Assembly: GCA_965205025.1 (NCBI GenBank) | Contig: CBDBFU010000004.1 | Location: forward strand, 32,001-96,000 | From: Candidatus Poribacteria bacterium | GTDB taxonomy: Bacteria > Poribacteria > WGA-4E > WGA-3G | Direction of reading: 5' to 3' | Length of the DNA stretch: 64,000 nt | Shown: piece after piece, positions 29,360 through 39,934 of the stretch | Numbering within the stretch: position 1 is the first letter of the stretch | Layout of the letters: every line of letters starts with the position of its first letter | Notes under the pieces: model-generated | What the model was told of the DNA's origin: nothing | The model's input: only the letters and a program-made list of their open reading frames with translations | Database searches by the model: none | Made by a program: the position numbers and the translations under genes

Positions 29360-29707
29360 ATTCCTCCTTGATATATTGAGTTCTCTTTCACTTATAACGA
29401 AAATCACTCATCAATAGTTTACCAACTAATTGGATTTTACTCAATGTAAAACAATGAACGTGGGGTGTAATGTTTTTGGCATGAATACCACGAATCATAT
29501 AGTTTTAGTTTATAGTTTTTAGTTGTTTCAGAGTAACAGTGTAATTTTCAGAGCAAATGCTGTTAGATGATGTTTTATATTTTCTATAAAGTGAGTTATA
29601 GTCTGGATTCCTATGTATTTTCTAAATAGGTCATACCTCATAATTATTATATTAACGTGTGTTTGATAAGACACATTGTAACCCGAACTTTTAGTTAACA
29701 CCAGAGT

Positions 29708-29732
29708 GCACAAACTGGAAAGTTTGTGCTAC
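29708..29732 (-). repeat. GTAG-type REP-like hairpin
   Basis: Reverse strand GTAGCACAAACTTTCCAGTTTGTGC. Confidence 0.6.
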
Positions 29733-30182
29733 AAAGACTATTTTCAAGACAAAATTCTGTTTATCGATCTGACATTTTTTATTATCAAACTGACGTTATA
29801 TTAAGAGTACTTTGTTCCTTACGATGTACTATATATTGAACCCAGTATTATTCTGTAAATTTACTGTTTTTTAGTTGTTCACAATAGTAATATAATTATT
29901 ATCTAATCGTTTAAAATGTTACACTTTTTGTCACATCGTGTGACATTGATAAAATCCCTCTCTCGTTAGTACTACACTATGTTTACAGCCGCTTTTTTAA
30001 GGTTACAAGAATTTACAAAAATGAAGAATTTGTGTCTTTTTTCTATTCTTCTGGTCCATTGAATTGGTATTGTATGGATGTGAAATATCTTGTCTATCCA
30101 TTTTGATAAGATATTGAAATATATCCCATAAATCATATATTTGGAGGATTCTTTGGACGTGCCATTTGCTATATTTTGAACC

Positions 30183-30240
30183 AACGGGGAGATCCCGTTT
30201 TTACGAAGATTCGGACGGGGAGACCCCGTCCCTACGAAGA
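30183..30240 (-). repeat. tandem pair of REP-like hairpins
   Basis: ACGGGGAGATCCCGTTTTTACGAAGA and ACGGGGAGACCCCGTCCCTACGAAGA. Confidence 0.6.
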
Positions 30241-31184
30241 GGAACTGTCTTAATATGATACTCTTTAGTAAAACGAAAGAGAGTAAAATGAAAAAGTTAC
30301 ACTTTTCGTTACATGGTGTAACTTTGTAATATTGCTCTAATCCCTGTGGTGGACTGGGTTTATTGTAATTATCTTGAAATTTTAGAATTTTGAGTTTTGT
30401 GTCATTTTCTGGTTTTTCTGAATTTTCTGAGCACTGAAGCCATTCGCTATTTTTTCTATGTCTAATTGTATTTTTATGAATATTTTGGATTGTCATTTTT
30501 CATCTTCCTATTTATTGCTCTATGCTCTATCTTCTTTCTGTAGATGTGAATAACGATTCATATTTATGAGATACACCATAGTTTTATTTTCATAACACAA
30601 TTTTTAGATGCAAGATTTCAAACTGGTTTAAAATCAGTCCCAGAAAGGGTTTATAGATAATCCTGAAAATTGCGTTATTTTTATTTTTTTTTTAATATTT
30701 TCATACTATGCACTTGTTTAAACTACTCTAAACCTTGTTCTGGTATGGGTTTGTAGGCATATCAGATTTTAATTTTACTTGCATAACTGTTATGCAAGTT
30801 TCATAACAACAATTTAGCTATGCTTTTACTGTGATATGTATAGTAACATAATAAGATGTATGTGTGAAGACAAAAATTATATATTGTGATATATTTAATT
30901 ATTTTATTTACTATTGTCATTTTGAAATTATGGATATTTCTATAATATTATATCTTTAGTTGTGTTATGGTTTGGTTTTCTTCAATAATTCTTCAATTAT
31001 TATTGGTTATTATATTTTTTGTTTTATTTCTCTATGTGTTATGTCATTAATTCTGAATTATGGATGGTGGGTTGTGTATGATGAATGGGAGGGTGGAAGG
31101 ATGGAAGAGGAGAGGGATGTTTTGTTTTTTTGATTCTATAAATGTCTATTCCATGAATTGTTGTTATACATGTCTTTAAAATAT

Positions 31185-31248
31185 ACTGCCCACACTGGAA
31201 GTTTATGCTACATAAAAGAACTGCCCACACTGGAAGTTTATGCTACAT
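31185..31248. repeat. 29-bp perfect direct repeat x2 (degenerate REP)
   Basis: ACTGCCCACACTGGAAGTTTATGCTACAT at 31185 and 31220; related to the 29708 REP. Confidence 0.8.
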
Positions 31249-31380
31249 GAAACGCGAGTTTGATAACTTATAACTTTGGATTAGGTGTAGTCAGAAACCC
31301 TACCTAACGTGTAAGAAAGTGTATAATATTTTCAATATTCATCATAGTAAAGTTTACACGCCCTGATAACTCCAAACACC

Positions 31381-31409
31381 TTGATTCTCATTGTAAAATG
31401 TGTTAAAAT
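31381..31409 (+). promoter_or_regulatory. sigma70-type promoter of STAND gene
   Basis: TTGATT-N17-TAAAAT with TG extension. Confidence 0.45.
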
Positions 31410-31502
31410 ATCCACTTATTATTGCTCATTCGTTACACTGATTATTGTAAGATCTCTCCGTTCTGTCACACAACTTCCTACTAACCTTCAAGGAAAACTG
31501 AG

Positions 31503-34500
31503 ATGAGAAAAGTATTATCAGACTATATAAAAACACAGGAAGATTTCGAACGATTCTGTAATTTGTTCTTGAAAAAGGAAATATCTCCCCTTGTAAAGGT
31601 TTACAACACATCAGGACCTGATGGGGGTATTGATGCGGAATACTGTGGGACATACGCCGGGAAAAATGGTCGTTGGGTGTTTCAGTGCAAATTCCGTAAC
31701 TTACCAAATACAGAGAAAACGCGACGCAACATCATTTCTGTTATGAAAGGTGACAAGAGAAGAAAAGACAAAAGAGGGGAGTTAGACAAAGCAAATGAAT
31801 CGAAATGTGATCATTATATCCTAATAACCAACGTCTCGCTGACTTCAGGGAACATTGGTGAAATCAAGGGTATTCAAAGTCAGAAAGGCTATACTTTTTC
31901 ATTAGACGTTTGGGATGCTGAAGACCTGATTACAATGATCGATGAATTTCCCTACATACTAAATTCATTCCGAGATCCGCATCTACCTGTATTCCTTTCT
32001 TATGAAGACATGTTCCGCGATCAAATCAAAGGCGACCATAGACTCTTGAGGTACGACTACGATACCTTTGGACGAGAGGAGGAGATTGACCAATTTAGAT
32101 CCTTTGTCCAAGACACTGACAAAAGATTGTTCGTTATGTCTGGGAGTGGCGGCATCGGCAAAACTAAACTTGCAATTGAATTCGCAAAAATGGTCGAACA
32201 AGAACACCATGACTATGAACCCTTATTTGTTCAAATTGCCGAAGATAGTTTTGAAAATGCGTTGGCAGATATTCCACCAAATAGAAAGTACATCTTCTTT
32301 GTAGATGACGCGCATGACTATATAGACAACCTTGGCGGTATTAAAATATTGCTTAAAAGTTCTGGATATAGTGAATCGAAAGCAGTCCTTATAACACGAA
32401 AGCCGTTTAAAGCATCTTTGAGAGGGATTTTCTTATCTGCGTTACCAGAACAAGCCATTCACGAAATGGAAATTCCAAGACTATCGTTTGAGAAAACCAA
32501 AGATTTTATCAATTCACATATACATATCCAAGACAGTGTCCGTTTGAATGACTTGGCAAAAATTGGAAAAGATACACCTTTAATTACTGTAATGGTGATA
32601 GATCTATTCAATAAAGGAAATGATCTTAGTAAATTAACAGAAGATAAATCGATAGAACGTGTTTTTGAATCCTATATAAATGACATATTTAGTAAACACC
32701 TTCGTAAATATGACAAACAACACAGAACATTACTTAACTGGTTCAGTGGAATCGAACCAGTAGACATTGAAGATAACAGAACACTCGAAAAATTGGCTGA
32801 ACTCTTAAAACTGGAAATCTATGAGATAGAAAGATACCGTGATGATCTTATAGGATCCGGTTTACTTGTTCAGTATGGAAGGAAGTCAAGGGTTTTCCCT
32901 GGTCCACTCAGCGATTATATTTTACGGAATGCATGTTTTTTATCCGATAGGAATACTTCCTCTTTTCACAAGTCATTGTTAGAAGAGTTTCTACCGATCT
33001 GCCCTATCAATGTTGTTAAAAACTTAGCACGGGTAGAAATCACAGCTGGTAAAACAGAACTTCTTGACGAGTACGTAAATAAGCTTCAATTACTGGCACA
33101 ATCAGGTGATAACGCTGATCGGATGCTTATTCTACTTCAAATGGAAGGCATCTGTTATTTTCGACCAGATGATGCAATTGAGATCTTTAATATCATCCTG
33201 GATAATCCGCATTCTGAAGCCACTGAAGTGGTGGACAAGTTTTGGGGGAAATTCACGGTGACACATCAAGCGTTAGTAGAAAAGATAGCGAATGAAGCAC
33301 AAAAGACTGTTTACACGCTTTCAGGATTCCGCGGAACGTTAAATGTTATTCGAAAACTTTTCCAGGCGGATAACCTGGATTCCCCTAATGTTCGTAGACC
33401 AGAATGGTTACTAAGGGATATAGTCCGTTTCCGAAATGGTAAATCCTTTGTATTTCAAGAGGAAACTCTTGAAGCATTTGAGATGTGGAAAAATGAAGAT
33501 ATACCAAAGCTCAGTATAGCACTGCTCAACGCACTTGATTCTTTACTTGTAATGGATTTTCAAGAAACTGTCAGTGAAGGATTTACATTGAAGATTTCTT
33601 GGCACTCATTAAAATACACTCCAGCATTAATCCAGATTAGAGAGCGTTCTATCAATCTCATAGCAGATTGTATGAAAGTAACTCAGTATACTAAAGTTAA
33701 ATTGAAAGCGATAGATTGTATTAATAAAGCTCTAAGACCGTTTGAGGGTCCTCGTAGGAACCCTGATTTGATGGATGAAGAAGAACAATTATTTCTACAA
33801 GCAGAGCAAGAACGGCTTTTTCAAATACTTACCAATCAATTATCAGAAGAATCTGATTTCAATATCCTCAATGCCATAGATGAGTGTTTACATGTATACA
33901 CGGAAAATCCACCCGGCTACTTAAAACAACGTGCTACACAATTGTTAGAAAAATTTGAGAAACAAGATAACTATAATCACTATCTTTTTTATAGGCAATT
34001 TACTGGAAAATATCGACAGTGGACAACCCCAGAAGAAAAAACAAAAATTCGTTGAAAAGTATATAGAAGAATATCCAGCTAAACGTCTTGCAGAATTAAT
34101 GAGTGCATTCCTGGGCTCAAGTGTGTACGAAACGAATACTTTGGCAGTAACTGAACATCTATGGACTATTGGTAAACTTAACCCAGTTTATGGATCTGAA
34201 TTGTTAGATTATATTCTTTCTTTGCAGACTGATGTAAAAGATTACGCAGCAGGGTTACTTGGTGGTATTCGTTATTCCAATAACGATAAGGCATTAAAAA
34301 TAGAACACCAATTATTGAAACAAGACAATATATCTGTCAAAAGAATCGTTGTAAAGAGTTTTTTATGGGTCATGGAAGGACAATCTTTAGATAAAGATAA
34401 TCTGCAAATTTTACTTCAATTGGTAGATATACCAGATGAAGGCTTAAATTCAGACATTGTTAAAACTCTACCTAATTTCTATAACGTGGACGTAGAATCC

Positions 34501-35347
34501 GTTCGGGAGATATTACTACGATTATCAACCAATGAATCATCATTGATTAAATCGGAGACTATAAAAGTTCTTTTGAGATTCCCATCACAGAAATACTTGG
34601 ACACTTACAAACAGGTAATGCACAATTGTGTGAAATTAGAACACCTTGATTATCATTCTGAGGAAGTCCTACATGCCATATTTATGTCTGATCCGATATG
34701 GGTTATTACGTTTTTTGAGAAACGAATTGTATACCAAGAGATGGAATTTAAGAGGAATGCTACAAATTATGAGGCAATTCCAATTCGAACTAACAATCTG
34801 TTTAGGGAAATTGACTGGAATGACAATAACGTTATGAATGCTTTAAGGCGGGTTAGAGATTGGGGTTTAGGACCTCCGAGTTATCGTAAATGGCTGGCTC
34901 CCGGATTATTGTCATCTATGGTTGATGGGAACAGTTCTCAAATTGAAGGCACTAAAATCAACAAAACGGTGCAAACAATCCTTGAAGAATGGATTGACTC
35001 AGAAGATTCAGATAAGATGTGGTGGGTAGCTTGTTTGTTGAGAAATTTTGATAAAGACAAAAACTTTTTACTCTCTTGTAGAATCACTTCTTATAAAAAG
35101 TAAAGGAAATGCAAAGATATTAACCGAAATTGAAGTTTCTATTGGTAATGTAGGTGCTTATTCCGGACCTCTTGGTGAACCGCTACCTCACCATGTAAAA
35201 CGCCTCGAATACCTTAAGGCATTGCAAGACAAAACTGAATCCTCAATTGTCAAACAGTTTGCAGATCGCCTCATAGATAGAACAAAACAGGAAATCGAAA
35301 GAGAACAGCAAAGGGATGAAGAATTTCTTGAAGGAGAGGAATGGTAA
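31503..35347 (+). CDS. Mrr/REase-like nuclease + STAND NTPase + helical-repeat protein (Avs-like), two +1 frameshifts, about 1280 aa when joined
   Basis: FERFC...GPDGGID...FQCK nuclease motif; Walker A GSGGIGKT; Walker B IFFVDD; TPL motif. Three ORFs join at A-runs near 34036-34047 and 35059-35063. Confidence 0.75.
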
Positions 35348-35544
35348 ACCTAACGCACGAACAAGACCTCCTTGACGAAATTGACAACCTTAATTCACAA
35401 AACCAAATTCAAAATTCTGTCGGTTTACCCCCACAAGAAGTTAAATCAAAAATTGAGAGACTAATTAAAACGACCCAACAGCGGATTAACGCCACAGAAT
35501 TACATCTGAACTTAATAAAAAAAATAGATTCAGAAATCAGTTAA
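35341..35544 (+). CDS. small coiled-coil hypothetical protein
   Basis: ATG overlaps the end of the STAND gene; purine-rich RBS; 67 aa. Confidence 0.55.
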   Translation: MVNLTHEQDLLDEIDNLNSQNQIQNSVGLPPQEVKSKIERLIKTTQQRINATELHLNLIKKIDSEIS

Positions 35545-35912
35545 TACATGATGACATAGATAGTGTAGTTCATCCAATATCTCCTCTTTCAGGTCTTACA
35601 TCTGATCCAAAATTGAATTTCTACAATTCATTCTTTCCTACTAATACCTCCCCAACCAGTCCTACTACAGAAGTAATCACTTTCTGCAAATATGTTTTTC
35701 AAGAGACTGTCAATTTTATAGATGTATGTTATAAGTTGACTTATGATGACCTACAACAAAGCGGAAGTCTTCCAGTTTAGTATTCTCAGATTTCTAATGT
35801 CAGAGAACTTGAAAAAGTGATAGCATTCATGGCAGGATTGCACTGCAAATTTCGCATTTTTGACATTGAGTAAGTCAAAATATGCTGATTCAATCCTTAA
35901 TTCAATTTTTTC

Positions 35913-36090
35913 TTGCACAATTTTTGTATAATTGATACAATACCTGCTGACGTTAATAATTCGCGAAGCGCGCGTGGGTTACGTCAGGAAGCTGCCTAAG
36001 TTTGCTTAGGTGCGTCACCGGTGCAGCAACACCAGCGACGCTTAGCACTGACATAAACGGACTATGACAGCGCTGGTTTCTATTATAGCA
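35913..36090. promoter_or_regulatory. convergent promoters with structured RNA between them
   Basis: Plus strand TTGCAC-N17-TACAAT (35913-35941); three hairpins in 35947-36041; minus strand TGcTATAAT at 36082-36090. Confidence 0.5.
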
Positions 36091-36258
36091 TATAGCATAA
36101 AGTTTTTCTTTCTGTTAGTTCTAAGATGGGAACCAGCTTCCTATAGGGATGAGTTGCCTGAAAATACTTCTCTTTTATTGACAGATATGTCTGTCAACCC
36201 ACCCTGTAGACTGTCAAGACTATATACACAACCCTGGTGTAATTTTGATACAGTCTAA
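36064..36258 (+). CDS. putative small ORF with hydrophobic N-terminus
   Basis: MTALVSIIAYSIKFFFLLVLRW follows the structured leader; weak RBS (GGA). Confidence 0.3.
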   Translation: MTALVSIIAYSIKFFFLLVLRWEPASYRDELPENTSLLLTDMSVNPPCRLSRLYTQPWCNFDTV

Positions 36259-36520
36259 ATTCAAATACACCCATAAATTACTATATATCACAATCGGTTT
36301 GTTTCTATTCACAAATTCTCATATTCTGTCGTAGCGATTTTCGATTCACGACATACTATCGAGAATCGGAATCTTCTCCTATTTTGTATGATGTTGTGAA
36401 TTGAGAAGTTTTGATATTCAAAACTCAAACGAGACCAACGGGTGTAATATAAATATGTCAAGTGTTAACTGTCATAACGCATAAAATTAAGAAAATCTAA
36501 TTTTTTCATAAGAGTTCCAC

Positions 36521-39500
36521 TTGATGCAACAAGATCAGAACAGAACATCAGAATCCCTACAAAAACTACAAGACCTACTCCAAAAACTTTTCCGTGCAGA
36601 TGCCGCCGACCTTGACTTCGGCATCTACCGTGTCATTAACCAACGACGCAATCTAATCCAAGCTTATATTGACCAAGAACTTCCCACCGAAATAAATGAT
36701 GCGCTTAACGCAAACGCCGAAATTGAATCAGATCGCGAAAAACTTGAAGAGCTAAAAAAAGGAGTCGTAGATGCTTTTGGTAATGATGTGTTAGATGTAG
36801 AGGGAAATCTAATTGATGAATCCATTAAAGAGCGTCCTGGAGTTAAGAAATACCTTGAGGAGAAAGAACGAATTGGCTCCCCGCAAACTCGTGATCAGCG
36901 CGCAGATGTCGTTTTCAATCATCTTTACACCTTCTTCTCACGATATTACGATAACGGAGACTTTATCCCACGCAGACGTTATTCACAAACCGAACGTTAC
37001 GCTGTTCCATATAACGGTGAAGAGGTATATCTCCATTGGGCAAACCGAGATCAATACTATGTCAAGAGTGGAGAGCACTTCTCCGATTACAGATTTAAGT
37101 CTCAAGAAATTACCGTTATCTTTGACCTTCAAAATGTAGATATTGAAAAAGACAATGTCCAAGGCGTTAAACGTTTCTTTATTCCTATAGCAGCAGAGAC
37201 TAAATATAACTCAGAAACCGACAAGGTGTGCATCCCTTTTGAATACCGTCCCCTTACCGATGACGAAAAATCACGCTACGGCACCCGCGACCAACAGGAC
37301 AAAATCATTGATGCTGCAGAACCTGAAATCTTGGAAAAACTGTCAAACCATTATAATGCATTATCTGCCCTTGAGCATCAAACAGAGGATGTAACCATCC
37401 TCAAGAAACACCTCCGAACCTATACACGCCGCAACAATGCCGACTTTTTCATTCACAAGAACCTTGGGCAGTTTTTTAATCAAGAATTGGATGTCTTCAT
37501 CAAAAACGAAGTGATACCGATGTCCTCACTCATTTTTGATGATGTTAATTTCAATTTAGAGAATCTAAACAAGGTAAATTGGATTGAAACAGCAAATCTC
37601 GTTCTCACCATCGCTTCTAAGATTATTGATTTCTTGGCACACATTGAAGAATTCCAAAAACGTCTTTGGCTAAAAAAGAAGTTTGTTCTTTCTACCGATT
37701 ACTGCTTTACGCTTGACCGTGTCCCAGAAGAACTCTATCCCGATATAGCGGAGAACGATGCACAACTTGAGGAGTGGAAAGACCTTTTTTCTATTCACGA
37801 AATAGACCACGACCTTATCCATACCGATTACTCCGAGCCGCTCTCCGTTAACTTTCTCAAAGAAAATCCGAACCTTGTTTTGGATACCTGCCACTTCGAC
37901 TCTGACTTCAAAGATCGCCTCTTGACACATTTTAACGATCTGGATAACGAGACAGACGGCTTGTTAATTCATGGGGAGAACTTTCAAGGATTGAATCTGC
38001 TGACTGAGAAATACCGAGAATCTGTAAAGTGTATCCACATTGATCCACCGTATAATACTCAAACAAGTGGGTTTCTCTATAAAAACTCATACCAGCATTC
38101 AAGTTGGTTATCAATGATGGCAGATAGATTGACTTTATCTGAATATTTTATGGCCCAGGATAGTTGTTTCTTCTCTCATATTGACGAGAGCGAATATGAG
38201 AAACTTTTCTTGTTTTTTAAAACATTATCAATGGATGATCAAGGGACAGTTGTGTGGGATAAAAGGAACCCCATTGGAGCATCAAATACGATAGCGACAC
38301 AACACGAATATACTATTTGTCATTCTAAGGGAAATGTAAAATTAAAGTCACAACATGCTAATGGTGAAATAATATTAAAAAAAGCATCGTCATTAATGAA
38401 AGCACATAGTGGAGTTACAGTCCAATGCCGTAAAGAATTTAAAACTTGGATTAACACAAATACAGAGTTAAGCGGAATGGAACGATCCTATTCTGCAATT
38501 GACGATAATGGACATGTTTATACAACTGTCCATATGGGAGCTGGAGATGTCCGAACAGATCCTAAATACTTTAGACATTTAATTCATCCTATTACTAAGA
38601 AACCTTGTCCTGTGCCGAAAAATGGTTGGTCAAGTACTCCAGAATACATAGATGGTTTATTACAGAATAATGAAGTTAGCTTCGGCGTTGATGAAACAAC
38701 TCAACCACGCCGAAAGTGTTATTTGAAAGATAATCTGACAGGTGAATTAACGTCTGTAATTTCAACTGGTGAACGGGGCAAACACCAACTGGATGCGTTT
38801 GGTTTAGATTTTCCGTATTCTCACCCCGTAGGTTTGTATGAAAAACTTGCTTGGTCAGTTACACCTGATGGAGAAGGTATAATACTTGACTTTTTTGCAG
38901 GTAGTGGTACTAATGCCCACGCAGTTATTAATCTCAATCGTAAAGATCATGGAAACCGAAAATACATCCTTATTGAGATGGGACACCACTTTGATACTGC
39001 ACTGATGCCTCGCGTCAAAAAAGCTGTTTATGCAGAAAAATGGAAGGATGCAAAACCTGTCTCTCGTGATAGTAGACTTTCCCACATCATTAAATACCAG
39101 CGTATTGAATCTTATGAAGATGCCCTCAATAACATAGAATTCAACGAAACTGATTATCAAAATCTGTTAGTTAACGAACACCAATTGAGTTATATGTTGG
39201 AAAGCGATACAAAGGAATGTCCAACGTTTCTAAACATCTCGGAACTCCAAAACCCGTTCAGTTATCAACTTGATATTGTCAAAGATATGCAGACACATAC
39301 ACAGACAGTGGATTTACCCGAAACCTTCAACTATCTTCTCGGTTTATCAGTCAAGACTCGTCAGTGCTTGTACGATGATGACAGACGTTATCTTGTCTAC
39401 AGAGGAACAGTTGGGCAAAAGTTGGTCGTCATTATCTGGCGTGAAACTTCAGGGTGGGAACAAGAAGATTATGAACGTGATTATCGTTTCATTCAGGAGA

Positions 39501-39607
39501 ATGAACTCACAGAAGGTGCAGCAGAGGTGTATGTCAACACAGATAGCAATGTCCCGGAGGCAAAATCTTTAGATCCGCTTTTTAAACGGTTAATGTTTTC
39601 ACAATAA
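36521..39607 (+). CDS. mod: type III R-M methyltransferase (Mod), amino-MTase
   Basis: LDFGIYR N-terminus; IHIDPPYNT; LDFFAGSGT (beta-class order); ESYEDALNN; res gene downstream. Confidence 0.92.
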   Translation: MMQQDQNRTSESLQKLQDLLQKLFRADAADLDFGIYRVINQRRNLIQAYIDQELPTEINDALNANAEIESDREKLEELKKGVVDAFGNDVLDVEGNLIDESIKERPGVKKYLEEKERIGSPQTRDQRADVVFNHLYTFFSRYYDNGDFIPRRRYSQTERYAVPYNGEEVYLHWANRDQYYVKSGEHFSDYRFKSQEITVIFDLQNVDIEKDNVQGVKRFFIPIAAETKYNSETDKVCIPFEYRPLTDDEKSRYGTRDQQDKIIDAAEPEILEKLSNHYNALSALEHQTEDVTILKKHLRTYTRRNNADFFIHKNLGQFFNQELDVFIKNEVIPMSSLIFDDVNFNLENLNKVNWIETANLVLTIASKIIDFLAHIEEFQKRLWLKKKFVLSTDYCFTLDRVPEELYPDIAENDAQLEEWKDLFSIHEIDHDLIHTDYSEPLSVNFLKENPNLVLDTCHFDSDFKDRLLTHFNDLDNETDGLLIHGENFQGLNLLTEKYRESVKCIHIDPPYNTQTSGFLYKNSYQHSSWLSMMADRLTLSEYFMAQDSCFFSHIDESEYEKLFLFFKTLSMDDQGTVVWDKRNPIGASNTIATQHEYTICHSKGNVKLKSQHANGEIILKKASSLMKAHSGVTVQCRKEFKTWINTNTELSGMERSYSAIDDNGHVYTTVHMGAGDVRTDPKYFRHLIHPITKKPCPVPKNGWSSTPEYIDGLLQNNEVSFGVDETTQPRRKCYLKDNLTGELTSVISTGERGKHQLDAFGLDFPYSHPVGLYEKLAWSVTPDGEGIILDFFAGSGTNAHAVINLNRKDHGNRKYILIEMGHHFDTALMPRVKKAVYAEKWKDAKPVSRDSRLSHIIKYQRIESYEDALNNIEFNETDYQNLLVNEHQLSYMLESDTKECPTFLNISELQNPFSYQLDIVKDMQTHTQTVDLPETFNYLLGLSVKTRQCLYDDDRRYLVYRGTVGQKLVVIIWRETSGWEQEDYERDYRFIQENELTEGAAEVYVNTDSNVPEAKSLDPLFKRLMFSQ

Positions 39608-39830
39608 TACCAATTTTGCTTAATTAGTTTACATTAATAGCAAATCGGAGAAGCTAATTTAGTTCAAAAGGATTCTATAAACATTCCGTCCCTACGGGAC
39701 TCAAGATAATGGATAAGCACGTTTTCTATAGACATTTCGTCCCTACGGGACTCATAATATCTATATGATAAACCTTATATCACGTAAGTCACGTAAGTCA
39801 TAATGTAAATTTATCAATTGAAAATGGTAT
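39606..39830. mobile_element. MITE-like element carrying two REP units
   Basis: Imperfect terminal inverted repeats AATACCA...TTTACATTA / TAATGTAAA...TGGTATT enclosing two ACATT(C/T)CGTCCCTACGGGACTCA copies. Confidence 0.55.
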
Positions 39831-39934
39831 TATATGGTCTTAATTATTTCAAGGGAAATGACCCATGAAACTCGAAGAAAATAAAAGAATCTGTTGTTCA
39901 AGGAAACGGAGTGAGTTTGTTGAATACCTAACAC

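Noticed and set aside
29972-30496. 174-aa minus-strand ORF
   Set aside because: Runs through REP hairpins and motif repeats; no recognisable domain; probably spurious.
31185-31248. 29-bp direct repeats as a CRISPR array
   Set aside because: Only two copies with a 6-bp gap, REP-like sequence, and no cas genes.
36521-39607. Phase-variable mod gene
   Set aside because: No simple-sequence repeat tract seen and the frame is intact.
39679-39755. Two roughly 25-bp repeats 50 bp apart as a mini-CRISPR
   Set aside because: Only two units, GTAG-REP-like, and enclosed in a MITE-like element.
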